Positions 40,361-54,318 of a stretch of DNA of 64,000 nucleotides are shown here, piece after piece. The notes beneath the pieces are model-generated. The model worked only from the letters and a program-made list of their open reading frames with translations. It was not told where the DNA came from and did not search any database. The translations under genes and the position numbers were made by a program. How positions within the stretch are numbered: the stretch's first letter is position 1; each line of letters begins with the position of its first letter. The stretch is from positions 248,001 through 312,000 of the forward strand of contig JAKMXF010000306.1 of assembly GCA_024704765.1 (NCBI GenBank). Direction: 5' to 3'. The stretch comes from Oopsacas minuta (Eukaryota; Animalia; Porifera).

Positions 40361-40689
40361 TACTTTGTATATAATGTTATTGTTGTAATATGTAATCGTG
40401 ATGAATTTTTGGCAAAAATCGAAATTTTTCTGAAAATGTAGCTATATGGTTGTGAAAAAACCTGATATGATAGGAAACTGAATAGATATTCAGAATCACC
40501 GCACCTAAATTAGTCTAAATCAGTGATCAAAATATAAACACCTGCAATATAACATTTTTTTATAGGCCTGTGTTACCAATCTATTATTTCACTATTTGAT
40601 ATTGGAATTCCAAAGCAAATAGATTATGATTTTAAGGTTCAAATTTCTCATTGTGAGAGCAAACACCCTCTTCAATATTGCCTCTGGCG

Positions 40690-41240
40690 AATAAGAGATT
40701 GCTTTGCTCGAAAATCTGCCATGGCTAGATCTAATAATGGTGTAATATCAGACATAGCCTCCAAATGTGATCATTTTGTCAACCATCCCTTTATTCGATG
40801 AACTCTATCTCCTATTTAAGTACTAGTGCTAAATCTACTCAACTTATTCGTCATCGTATTCAGAATAGCCCCCATTTCTCTGCAAGGCCATAAGATATAA
40901 CCGTTATTTGAAAGAGTTGTCAACCTTATGTACGACATTGTTTGCATTGCTCAAGTCTCTTTCTATATACTTTGATTACCGGACTGGTTCAGCTCAAGGA
41001 AATTCACGTTCGCGGCATGTAAATGCAGTGGTAATGGGGAAATGCATATGGAAGGTCATGCTGCTTTATATTTAGGTGCACTAGGAGCATTGAAAGTCTT
41101 CAAAGATATCCCTGGGTAAAATCGTTAATTGGGCTGGGTAGAAAGTATTAGTGTCTCCAGGGATGCTTGGTCATCGAATCTTTGCCTTTGTCTTTTAATC
41201 CCCTATACTATCTTTTCATTTTTCAACAATTTTCACCATT
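40690..41240 (-). pseudogene. Possible PIF/Harbinger-ISL2EU transposase remnant
   Basis: Fragments RFYPGIS, YILWPCRE and LAMADFR weakly resemble DDE_Tnp_4 family motifs. Confidence 0.25.
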
Positions 41241-41908
41241 ATTAGTCATTTTATGATGGTGGAGCTACTATCAGTTAAAGAACAAAGTGTTGGGATCCTT
41301 CATTCTCATTTGCAGAACTGTCAATTTTTTGATTCAAAAACAAAAGGAACTAACCAAGAATTAAGTGATCATGTCTAATCTTCTGCATCGTGACCTATAG
41401 CTATAATCTTTATTGGGAGATGTGATTCGTGAATCTCCAAAGGAACTAATTATTTTTGGAAACACACTGAGAACTAACGATGAGACAGAGTTGTTGTATA
41501 GTATTGACACCAATGAAAATGAAAGGATTCATGCTCACAATAGGGACACAAATTATTCTGGTGAGGGTTAGCTTACATCCAGCAAAATTGTCTCTAAATA
41601 TGTTTAGAAATTGAGCTAACATTCAGTTAATATAGGTTTACATACTTTTCTAAATAGTATATATATATATATGTATGTATATATTTAACACATGTATTAC
41701 CGTAAAATGGTATTACAGTATGTGAATCAAATAATATCAGTAATACAGTTAACAACTTTCTTATTTATAATAGGGGGAAAACTAAGAAGACAACATATAT
41801 CCACATATAACAATTCTAAATAGTAATAAATGGATATTTGTTTTGCATTTGTATATTAATGAATATATTTTTCTTAACATAATTACGACCATGACGTTTG
41901 TAACTATG

Positions 41909-43214
41909 CAGGGTGGCTGCTTAGTTCTGATACAAAGGATTTCCCCATTATAGTTTTACAACTTGGAATATAATGTTAAAATTACATATACGACTATTTA
42001 TTACTGTTATGGTCAATTACTAAAATAATTATTCTATATATCCTCCTTTTTTGGAAATTACAGCCTTGAGTCTGGTAGGGAAACTTCCCACTGCGGCACG
42101 CAGGGTTTCCTGGGGTATTTTCTCCAATTTGCGACACACAGACTTTTGAGGGACTTTATTGTGCTGTGTGAAACCGAACAAGCACTCTTCTCCAAAATGG
42201 ACCAAAGAGAATAGTCCATTGGATTTAAATCAGGACTATATAGAAGCCATTCTTCCTTTCAGATAAAATCGTTGGATTTGCCCTCTAACCAGTCCTGTGT
42301 GGCAATCGCCGTATGAGCAGGAGCACCATCATGTTGGAAAATAAATGGCTGTCCGGAAAACATTGTCTGGCTCAGATCTTTTGCAACAGGCTCTAGGGTC
42401 AAGTCTTTGTAAGTTTTCGCGTTGATTTTCACTCCAGCAGGTACGAAAATCAATGGCGTCCGGCCAACGGCAGAGACACCAGCCCAAATCATCACTGAGA
42501 GAGGTTTCATTTTCCGACTGATATACCTGAATTTATCAGGGATCTCTGAGATAGCTTGTAGAGATCACACGATGATTTGAACATTCGTAGCCTCAGCTAT
42601 AGTGAAATTCTTTTCATCTGTAAAGATGATATTTTCGAGTCCGACGTAGCGTGTTTTGCAAGTAACGCCTTGCTTCTCAACAATAGTTTTGTCTTGACTA
42701 ACTCTGAGAGGAAGTGTACTTTCTTTCTTTTAAAACAAAACATCTTCAAGTCACGGTGTACCACTTTTTGGACAGTTTGACGTGCAACTTTCAACTCCTT
42801 GGCTATTTTTCTCATGGATAACCGTGGATTTCGCCGAATCCGTTCTCTCATCTTCTTCTTGTGGGCTGCGGTTCTCACAGAACAAGGACGACCAGATCTT
42901 GGTTTGTCGTTCGTGTCCCCAGTTTCATTGTAACGTTTTATTGTCCTGTAGATGAATGCTCTCGTCCTTTAGCAATATTTAACATTTTTAAAATCTCAGG
43001 AGGGCTTTTCCCGCCTTGTATAATTCAACAATTACTGACCTCTCGTTACTCATGGTCAATAGTATAAATTTTTGTGAAAAATGTAGGCTAATTCGAATTT
43101 GAATGCATTAAAAAGGTTATATGTAAAGTCTTAGATAGTCAAAATACTGTAAATACATTACGATCAAGGTTATATTGTAATTGAATTTTGTATCAGAACT
43201 TAGCAGCCACCCTG
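41909..43214 (-). mobile_element. maT/DD37D element, pseudogenised
   Basis: TIR CAGGGTGGCTGCT(T/A)AGTTCTGATACAAA at both ends; VMIWAGVS, FQHDGAPAH, SPDLNPMDYSLW; 1.31 kb. Confidence 0.9.
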
Positions 43215-44399
43215 TATATATATTAGGGTGCTTCGATATCATCTTGGAAGAACTCCTTGTGCTTAAATCTAGATCGCTACAACCAACCTGAAGATGCACT
43301 AATTGTAGATTTGGAAAAGAAAATATACGTTAGACAAAGTATTAAATGACAGCAACCTTATTCCAGGCTTTTTTTCCTTACAGCGAACTGAGGTTCCCAG
43401 CAATTTCTACAACCTCTATCCCTTTCGCACTTGATAAGTCATCAGTAGTAATTTATGAGAACAAATATCCCATGGTCTTTATCTACCTTTGAACCTATAT
43501 CCTGAAGCTTAATCTTGCAGTTCTGTATACTCATTCAATCAGGAGTGTCATCTAACAAAAGAAAATTGTGGTATAATTATCTATACAGAAAATGATGTTC
43601 TTCAGTCGACTGTTCAGAAAGGTACTTTTGTTTTGACTAAATAATTATGAGAAATAATCCTCTATAGAAACTATAAATTCGATCCTATTATTCTGTATTT
43701 CTACTCAAAGTTTTTTCCAGCTCTTATTTGTAGCGCGCCTAAACGAGTCCTCTATTCGCTTAAGCGCCTAGACTGTTTGAATTTTCGAAGCATCAAACTT
43801 ATATTTTAAGCAAACCATACATCAATAACATATAACATGGTTAAAACTATATTCCAGAGGTGGTATCTAGAATCTTTGACTATAAATAATTAACTATTGA
43901 CGTGACATTGTATATTTATCTTTACTCATTGTCTGTCTGACCTTTAGGATTGTTACGTGACCCATTACATTATTCGTCGGAATTAGGCCTATATAGCGTG
44001 CCTTTAGTCGCGTGATATGCAACCTAACTCCCAAAATTTCTTGCTCCTTTACTATCCAAATATTGTAAAAACGCGCCTGTAGGCGCCCGTGGCGCTCCTT
44101 GATGAAAGCCTGGTTCTACTTGCTTCGGTCCTTGCGACTGCAAAGCAATCGTTTTGGGATCAAACTCTTTTGCTCTATATTAACAACAAATCTTTTGTCC
44201 ATTACAGTCTTCTTTATGATACTCTGATCTGATGACCATGTCAGGAATACACTTCACGGATATCTCAATTAATATAAACTCATATTGAATTAATATGTAA
44301 TTTTACAAAAGTTGTGTTGTTTTTACCCTTCTAATTATTATTTCTTGAGCTAAGAATAATCAGCTACGAAGGATGGGATGAACAAATAAATTACACTAC

Positions 44400-44560
44400 C
44401 ATATTGTCTAACATGCTTGGAATGCATATTTGCGTATGGTAAAGATTTAATATGCAAATATCCTTTCTTGCCCTAGTTGTAAAAATAATCCTGGTGTTGT
44501 TATCTTGGATGGAATTGCAATGGGTACAATTAAGGAAATTCCAAAAGTAGGGCCTTCTAT
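44400..44560 (+). pseudogene. CxC/KDZ-like transposase remnant
   Basis: Translation HAWNAYLRMVKI*YANILSCPSCKNNPGVVILDGIAMG matches the W..(F/Y)L..FSCPxC...P..VxxDG pattern recalled for KDZ-associated transposons. Confidence 0.35.
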
Positions 44561-45323
44561 TGATAATACTTAAGAACTGCCTACAATCCATTAAGTGAAT
44601 GTGCATTTATACCCGTTGGTAAGAAAGAATTTTCTGAAACTTTCGATCTATGGCCTCCAACAAGAAGAATTTAACTAAATTGTAATCTCGCTTCCGATTA
44701 ATGATCTTAAAGACTGTATCAACTATATTATCTTAGAACAAGATAATCGTATATATATCCGTAAAGACTTTCCTAAAGTGAACAATGTGATACCGTTATT
44801 TTGTCATACTTAGCCAGTTACAGGAATGTCCCAAGTGTCACTACTTACAAAATAACAACGACGTGTATTAGTTGTACTGTCTCAAGGAAAACCTATCAAT
44901 CTGTTAAGTCTAATTACAATATACTTAAAAATGCACAATTTAGAACTCTTATTCAATTAATTGCACACCAGCTCGAGTTATCCAAACTTTACCTGGTATC
45001 ACACGATTGTTGGAGTATTGAAATATAGTTTATTCCATATAGATATTTTGCCTCACAGATTGACTAAAAAATTGTTTAAGTTTCACCTAATGTCAACGAT
45101 TTCTATAATTACTTCCCGAATTTTATAGATAACTACAAGTGGTCCACATTCTTTTGGATAATATTATATTAACGAATATATTTATTCACTAGATGATCAC
45201 TGAAAAATTATTTACGAAATTTGAAAATATTGTCAAAGCAAAAGAGCGTATGGATTATGTACTACAATGTTTGTTGAGTAAGAAATTGATATTTACTAAC
45301 CTCTGAGGTGTCTGGCAATTTTA

Positions 45324-46631
45324 CCGTTGGCTTTTAAGTCCTGACCCCTATATTTGCAGTTTTACAACAAGCATAATAAATTTTCTTAGGTTATGATATT
45401 TATATATGTTGTATATGTATGTAGTCTAGCATAATTATTACTTAAAACTGAGTGATATTTCTATACGATCCCTTCACTACACAGATGGAAAGACAACGGT
45501 CTGCTATATTGAATTATTTGTTAATGGGAAGCGCCAATGTGACATTATGAGATCATTGAATATCCCGAAAGAGCGGAGGGAAGGTGTCTATAGTACTATC
45601 CAGCGTTATCTTGAGGCTGGTAGTGTCAAAGACAAAAGTAGAAGTGAGGGTCCAATTGCTGTAATCACAACCAGGATGAAGAAAATAATCAGAGACAGAA
45701 TTCGGCGAAATTCACGCCGACCAATGAGAAAAATGTCATCTGAACTCAAAATATCGTGTACATCAGTCCATAAGATTGTGAAAAGTTCCCTGGGTCTATC
45801 TTCTTACTAACGAAGAAAGGTACACTACTCTTAACTGCGATTCGACAAAAACTATTACTTCGTAGCAAAAAGCTTCTTAGTCAGCTCGCAGAACATGGCT
45901 ATCATAATGTTCTGTATTCAGGTGAAAAGTTATTCACAATTGAGGAGGCCAATAACTCTCAAAACGACTGGATCTTATCTTCTACTTCTTTCACCATAAA
46001 TGAGGAACTCCGCTATGTTCGGAGAGTCCAAATCCACTTCCAGTGATGATTTGGGGAGGGGTCTCCGGTTTTTGACGAACACCACTGATATTTGTCCCCC
46101 AGGGTGTAAAAATCAACTCTACAGAATACAAAGATCGTATTTTAGAACCTGTACTGAAAGACCTGGGTGCTAGCATGTTTAACAAGAATCGATTCTTGTT
46201 TCAACAAGATGGGGGTCCAGCTCATACAGCTCGTATCACTCAGATCTGGCTTTTCAGAAAATATTCCCGATTTTATCACTAAAGAAGAATGGCCACCGTC
46301 TAGTCCGGATCTAAATCGCATGGATTTCTCTATATGGGCGATATTGGAGAAAATGCATACGCAAAGCTCATGCTAATATTGCGTCTTTAAATAAGGATCT
46401 ACTTCGTGAATGGGCTAGAATCCCAGAAGAAACCCTGCGCGCCGCAGTAGAGGCAGTGCCAGGGCGTCTATGAGCAGTAATTACAAAGAAAAGTGGCTAC
46501 ATTGAATAATTCAATCAAATATAATTAGTTCCAATATGTGTTTTGCAATATCGATTAGTAAATCTATGTAAAATAGTCTAGCAATGTGAACAATAAAATA
46601 TATAATGGGTCAGGACTTAAAAGCCACCCTG
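45324..46631 (+). mobile_element. maT/DD37D element, pseudogenised
   Basis: TIR core TGGCTTTTAAGTCCTGACCC at both ends, TA flanks. ORF from 45485; FQQDGGPAH and SPDLNRMDFSIW motifs. Confidence 0.88.
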
Positions 46632-47049
46632 TATATTTTAATTTTGGACCTGTTTTTATACTTTGGCTACAAATCTCAAAGATATTAACTATCCTCAGTA
46701 TCTGGCTTGTGAATATTTTACATCACCGCTCTTCTATATTTGCAACAATTTCTTAGAACATTACGAACATCAAACTAACAATTTCTGAGATATGTCCCCT
46801 TATATGCGAATATCGGACGTTTGTTGAACATATCGCACTCGATTTTTCAATTTTTCATAAATGAGCGAAATGCTACTATATGTTATTTTCTTGGTATGAT
46901 TCATGTGCATTATTATCGAAAAGTGTGCTATACATGGTTCTTGTGTATCTTAATTTGAAATACATTGTGGTACTCTATCTTGAGTTAATTCCGGATTTTG
47001 TTTGTACAATGCGTATTTCAGCTTAGAAAGTGCATTGAGGTAGGTTGTA

Positions 47050-48700
47050 TGATCCATGGTGGTTGCTGTTTTGGCCAGATATAGTTGGTTCACTTTTATG
47101 ATCCTCAAAGCTTTCCTTAGTAGAATTTCGGTGCCTTGATCTGCTGATAGTTTTGTAGGTTTCCCTTCTAGATCGTTTTTAAGTTGTTGTAGATGTTTGT
47201 TGTATCTGTCATAAGCCCTTTTGGATTTAGGGATCTGGTACTGATTTAGGGGAGTTGTTCCCTTCTAATTGTAGAATCGCTTTGAAGGAAGTTTAGAAGG
47301 AGTTTCATATTGCTTTTTTTTGGTTCAGAAGGTTTAGGCATTGAATATTCCCCTTTCATGGATGAATATTTGCTGTGCTTTAGAGCCCCAGCATGTGGGT
47401 TATGGCTTTAGTTCAGAGACTTAAATCAGTGCGTAGTATTTTTCACATATTTTGGCGATATTAATGTGATGTTCGATTTAGTGTTTAGGGTTTGTTGGTC
47501 TTTCAGTTTTGGCAGTTGTGGGTTTGGAATTTATTATGTTTAGGAATGGGGAATGTCACCTAATCAGCCTTCCCTAAATCGAATGGAGGTGCCTCTTTCA
47601 GTAATGCCTGATTTGCCTGGATTGTAGATTCATCACTTCTCCATAAGCATCTTGTGGTATCTTGTGGTTTCTGGCAGGTTCCGGTTTTGCAATGAGCTGT
47701 CTGTTCTCTGTGGCAGGTTCTAATTTTTAGCTGAACAGCTGAAGTAATTCCTCTCGTGTTTGCTGTCGGATCTATTAAACACTTAGCACATTTTACCATT
47801 GCTTTACAAGTTGAAACTGTCCTATGGTAGATATTTGTCTTTTGGTTCTGTAGACTTGCATGTGATAGAAGTTCGAGCGCTTCTCAGGGTGATTAGCAAG
47901 GGAGCGTCTTATAATCTTCTGACGGTTCCGGTAACTTGTGTTTATAAGTTAAAGGTATCCAGTAAGATTTCCTCAGGGATAGTGGGGGAGTCCTTCAGTA
48001 CACTTCAATGGATTTGAAGCGGTTTGCCTTTATGTGCTTGTCTGCGTACTTTCTTTCTGTTGTGATAAGTATGGTTTGTGTAGTTAGACATTTAGCACTC
48101 GGGTACCTTGTTGGGACAATTGGTTGTAGGTTTGGGATTTTCTTGGGTTTTGCAGCAATTAGTATCGGGCGCTTGTTGCTCTAGCATTGATTTGTAACTT
48201 TGGTCCAGTTTTCCTCTCTGTATAGCTGAATATTTTGCAGTTGCGAATCTCTGTTTATAGTTGAGTTGTCAGGAGGTTTCCAACTATAGTATTTGTATCC
48301 AGATTGAGGGTCTGCACTAGTTTTCGGTAATGTACATAGGGAATTCTGGGACGTTGAGTAGGGGTGGGTATTTCTTTGTAATGTTTGGTTATTGTCCAGT
48401 AGTATGTTTAGTCCATATGCTTTGAAGATTTGGTTATTAGTTATTAGTTTGGAGTGTTAGAGCATGTAGTTTGTGGGGTGTATCAGATCTTTGTCTCTCA
48501 GTTGAAAGGCTGGGATCTGATATTTCATGTAACTCATCAAAGAATATAGATAGCCCTTACTCTGTTTATAGGCAAGCCCGTTTTTAGTTTGAAGGCTCGC
48601 TGGATGTGGGGACGTTTAATCACGATCCCTTGTTTTGGTCACTAGTGGGTTATGCATCCTTGGAGACCCAATGCCTGCTGCTCCACATGCGGTTGTTATT
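47050..48700 (-). pseudogene. Probable decayed non-LTR retrotransposon ORF1 (gag-like)
   Basis: Strong strand skew (minus strand A/C-rich) and Cys/His knuckle-like remnants (CQN.., KICEKYY.., PTCWGSK). Heavily broken. Confidence 0.4.
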
Positions 48701-49619
48701 TATAACTTCTCCTTGCATACCGCTTGCCGTTTGTAAGTTCCTGAAACAGGTGTAGAAGGAATATGTTTGCACTGTTATAATTCGTGAATTTTGAAAGGTT
48801 ACTTATTATGTATTTTTAATATTTCAGAAATGAGAAATAAACAAAATATCAAAATCAAAACATCGCCTATTACTTGTTTCAGCCTATGATTCTCAATGTT
48901 TACAAGGAATTATTCTCCTATTATTTCATCTAGTATTTTGAGATAACATCCGATTAAAGGTGAAATACTTATTGACTTTTGACACATTTCGCTTCGTTTT
49001 TGAATTGGAAATACAGAAGTCAATCATGTAACTTAGCAAATATGGTTAATCATTATATAGGCATGAGTGAAATGACCTATTATCTTCATAGCCGAAAGAA
49101 TTGGGGATATATATATCTGTACCGACAGCACAATAACCGAACAGTTTACAATATTATACATTTTACAAAGTTCAAATGCACTCTAAATCGGGAACTTTTA
49201 GCACTTGACACATTAAATGGGGCAAAAAACATGGAGGCAAACTAACAGCAATGGAAAAGCGATAAAACTGCACTTTTACATGATCAAGGTTACAAAATTA
49301 CCGGATCGATAAAACAATAATACTTGTTCATAAGTACACTGAGCGAACTAAAGTACTTGCAGATTAGGCCGGATCGAGAAAAGTATAAATCGTCGGTTCA
49401 ACTTCTACCTAAGGGAAAAGTTGCCTTTACCATTTTCTAGGAAAATGCGAGACTTAAATTTGAAGAATATTTCGATTTGACCCTTGCGGTTTTATATTTT
49501 TGCTGTGTCACTTTCGCAAAATTGATTTTATATTGTCCGAATTTTCAAATTCCTTTGACTTAGCCCCTTTATATATATTATTTGGTAATAGTAAGTCGCA
49601 TATTTGCTATTGAATGGTN

Positions 49620-50353
49620 AAAAACAAGGGTATTTTGTATATCCTGATTGCTGTCCCAAAAGAATGCATATGATTTTTAAGTCACCACAGATTACCCAAT
49701 TGTGCTGGTTATAATTAATTTTATGAAGCACAATTTTCATGTTATCATATCGTTCCTTTAAACTTACTGAATGTCCAATTGGTATGGAACTAAATTTGTT
49801 GCCATTATGAAGTAGAACACATTTCAAACTTTGTTTTGAACTATCAATAAAGAGTCTCCAATCATTAGGTACATACGGACATCCAAGAGCATTAACTAGC
49901 GGTGAAACATCATGACAAAACACAAATCTGTCTTCCATTATGAAATATTTCAAAAATTCGATCTCTCTGTTCCTATATGAGTGAAATTTTGTTTCTTGGA
50001 GAAGCAAGTTTTTTCTTTTAGCCTAAAACCTAACAACTCCGCAGATTCTTTAGGTATATCTGAATCACGTACCAAATCATTTAATTCAGACTGATTAAAT
50101 AACTGTGGAGAATTAGAACGAGATAATGCACACGGAATAAAATCCTCATCTTCTCTAATTAATGAATCTCTAGTTTCACAATCATCAATTTCCGAGATAA
50201 CATCCAAATTAGTAAATGTTGGAACAGGTACATCAATAGAATGGGGAACGGGTCGTATTGCTGAATGTAAATTTGGATACTTGATCAATGACTTGGTTTT
50301 AGCATTGAATCCGGAAATATTCGCCATACAAAAGTAACAATCGCTAATGTGAT
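49620..50353 (-). mobile_element. 734-bp near-identical copy of Chapaev3 interior (33813-34546)
   Basis: Constant offset of 15807, only two substitutions noticed, same frameshift; begins right after the N at 49619. Confidence 0.92.
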
Positions 50354-52026
50354 CTCGTACATTTCCTTTCTTCACAATATCCTCATCTCCCTCCATCTGT
50401 ATGAGAAACAATTGAGTCTATGCTGAAAGCAATTAAGAAAGGCCTCGGAAAAGATAGATACAATCGAAGCAAGTTTACTATGACAGCCAGTCGAGATCCA
50501 AATCCACACTCATTGATCTCCTGAGAGACTACTGATTACGAAGAGAGGCGATCGATATGAAGAAGCTTTTGCCTTCAGTCAAATGTGAGAATACCTATCT
50601 ATATCTGAGCTTAATTATTACGCTTCGATACTATTTACTAGTGGAAATTCTCCTGAATTTACCCTGGATTGCTATAACTATTTAGAAGTTGTGCTACGTC
50701 CCTACTCATAGCTATTAGGTTGTGGATTAGTGGCGATACACGCAAACTCTATATTGGGATTGCCGGCAACTCCAGTAAGAACTCCAAAGAGTAAGTGCTT
50801 GCTACGCCTCGGGCTACGTCATTTTACAGTACCCTGTACGTATTAACAAACTCAGGGCACTTAACTTCTATTACAATTATATAGAGAGAAATATACAGCA
50901 TATTATTGCAATGGTAGATTAAGACAGGGGTTCCTGACCTTTATAGCCTCGTGCTAGCTATTTGACCGACTCTATTGCTACTGGTTTAAGACAAATTTCA
51001 CATTCCAAAGTAGTGATGAAATGGACAAATTCAAAAAGTAGTATTGATAATGAGTTATAACAATTCCGATTTCCTCTACAATATTACTTAGTTAATGGAT
51101 TTTAGGAAATTTTGTATTTAGACCGTCAGTTTTCGGAATTACATTATAACTGTTGTTCAAATAATTGTTCTGGTTTGCCAAAATAATGTTCAAAATACTC
51201 GATTACCAGAAAATTGAATTCAGATGTAGAAGAGTTAAATTTCTTGGTGTATTTGCAACAATATTTGAAATTATTTGCCAGAATAATCGAAGTTTGGTAT
51301 ATTTGTCAAAATAATAGTTCATCCCTCTCAAATCAACAATTCAAAATTCCATTATGATTATTATTAAGGAAGCGGTGGAGGTGAGACAAGCTTATTATTG
51401 ACTTTTCGCTTAGGCAATGGGTGCGAGAGTTGATTCAATGTTGAGGGTTCTAGAATGTTACAGGATACTATCGGGAAAATGTGTCATTTATAATTACGAA
51501 AAGGTGATAAAATCTCTTTTATGTTACGAAATTGGTTAACTGGAAATGGTGAAATTTTAGTATTCTTTTTCATTACGAACGTAATACTTCGGCAGTAGTC
51601 GGTTATGAAACACTGTTATAGGAAAACAATTTCAATTTCATGAAATTACCACGAGTTACTATTGGGAAATAATTCCAACATTTTGATTGTTCACTTGACC
51701 ACATTTAGAGTTGTTCTCCATAGCCACACACGAATGTGTCCGGAATGTGACATCGATCGATTAGTAAAGAGTTCAAGCACACTCGACGAATACTATAGAT
51801 ATTTAAGCAACATGTTACAGCCTAATAGAGAACTATAACCAGTAACGAAGAACCCAAATGAGGATATGAGAAATATGACGTAAATAGAAACTATATGTGA
51901 ATTACTACCACAATGTAAATAAATGAAATATGCTTTTCGCAGATAAGCCTTTAAAACTATATTCTTATGGTGAACTAACTGGGAGGTGGATAATTCAAAA
52001 CTAATAAAAAAATATTTAATAATAAT

Positions 52027-52314
<288 letters not shown>

Positions 52315-53318
52315 TTGGATAATATCCCTGGGATAGTTTTGACAACTTCTTATCATTGATGTGAGCAAATGTGCTTAAAATTTTTGGGAGATCAGTGAAA
52401 ATTATGACAATTGGGTCAAGATTACCATAAAAATCTTCAACATCTAATTGTGAGCTTGTAATTATATGGTTTCGCAGATCTTTACCTTTGCTACCAAACC
52501 GATACTGTATATATCCCTATAGCATATTTTTATCTTCGGAGATTCAAGTGGGAAGTGCAAGATTACATAATATGCAAGCATAACCTGGAGCGTTGGATTG
52601 AGAAAATACTTCATTACAAGAAATAAACTCAACATCACAGACTCGAGCTATAAGTAGATCTAGCCTGTGATTAAAACTGGGGCAATATGTCGAGATGGTT
52701 ACCTAGGGTGTAAAAGTTTGACAAATTTACTAGGATCAGGATCAGTTTGGTTATCAAGACATATGTATAATCCTCCCGTATATATGATTTATGAGAAGTA
52801 AATACTTCTTTCAAGAAGTTAGGGACTTCTCTAAGAATTGCAAGAACTTGAGCTTGAAGAAGTTATCAAAAGTAGATCAAAAGTAGTCTTAATTTATGAA
52901 TAATTCCATCAAATGTAAAATCCAAATGTTTAGATTTTGGATATATATATTTTCCTCTGGCACCTCGGATTAAATGCCATAAAATAATTAATATGCACCC
53001 AGGATATCCTACTTATTTAGGAGATAGTTAAGGATATCTGCATGAGAATCCTAAGCAATTAATGGACTCTCCTCCATCTATTGTGCGAATAGTAGTTTTA
53101 ACTTGTTCATTTACTAATGTTGTCACCAATTCTATCTACTATGAGTAATTTTCCACCGATTTATAGAGTCAATGCGAAGAGCATTGGCTAATGGCATTAC
53201 CCTGCAGCATATTGCTAATAGGCCAACGAAATTTAGAAGTGCTTGGATATCTACTACATACCTACTACATCATATTATAATAATGTGCGTGGCTGTATAT
53301 TTCGAGGTCTATAGCATA

Positions 53319-54243
53319 CACTAAGTGGACAAAAGTATTTCAACACACGAATATATTGTCATAAATTGTATACTCTTTCCCGCTCCTATATATTGTATAT
53401 GCTATATTCGTAGCTGCAATCTAGTAATTTGCATAGAATAACATATGTTTCTCACGATTTTCAAAAAAATATTCTCGATTTGCACTTTTTGAAGGTGCTA
53501 ATTATTAATAATTAATTATTCGATAATTATTGATATTCAAAATATATGGTAATTCAAAGCCTATTAAGAATCTATAATTTCTGACTTGATTTTTGAATTC
53601 TACTTAGGTAAAGTTACCCCAGATTGAATTTCCAATCGGATTGAACAATTTTTACCAAAGTTATAGAAGAATTTCAATTTGTCCCACTTGTGCCACTTTT
53701 TGAAAAAAGTGGCACGGGTGGCAGGAAAAAGCGCCACTACAAGGAAATCAACTAGGGTTAGGAGGAATAAGTCGAAGTAATATTTTCGAATGATATGACT
53801 ATGCTAACCCTTGAATTCCAAAATAACCTCTTGGTAGCGGCCACTTGTGCCACCTTGGGCAAAAAGTTGCATAAGTGGGACAAATTGAAATTCTTCTATA
53901 ACTTTGGTAAAAATTGTTCAATCCGATTGGAAATTCAATCTGGGGTAACTTTGCCTACTTAGACTTCAAATATCAAGTCAGAAATTATAGATTCTTAATA
54001 GGCTTTGAATTACCACATATTTTGAATATCAATAATTATCTAATAATTAATTATTAATAATTAGCACCTTCATAAAGTGCAAATCGAAAATATTTTTTTG
54101 TAATTCTTGAAAAACACATGTTATTCTATGCAAATTACTAGATTGCAGATACAAATATAGACTACACAATATATAGTGGCGGGAAAGAGTATACAATTTA
54201 TGACAATTTATTTGTGTGTTCGAATACTTTTGTCCCCTGACTG
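53319..54243. mobile_element. ~920-bp foldback MITE (copy 3)
   Basis: Same arms and core as 17138-18047. Left tip diverged (CACTAAGTGGACAAAAGTATT); right tip TTTTGTCCCCTGACTG. Confidence 0.9.
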
Positions 54244-54318
54244 GATATATCTTATTGTAATTAGTTTATCAATCACTTTCTTAGCTATTTCCTTTTAATG
54301 TAGTATGAATGCAAAATA

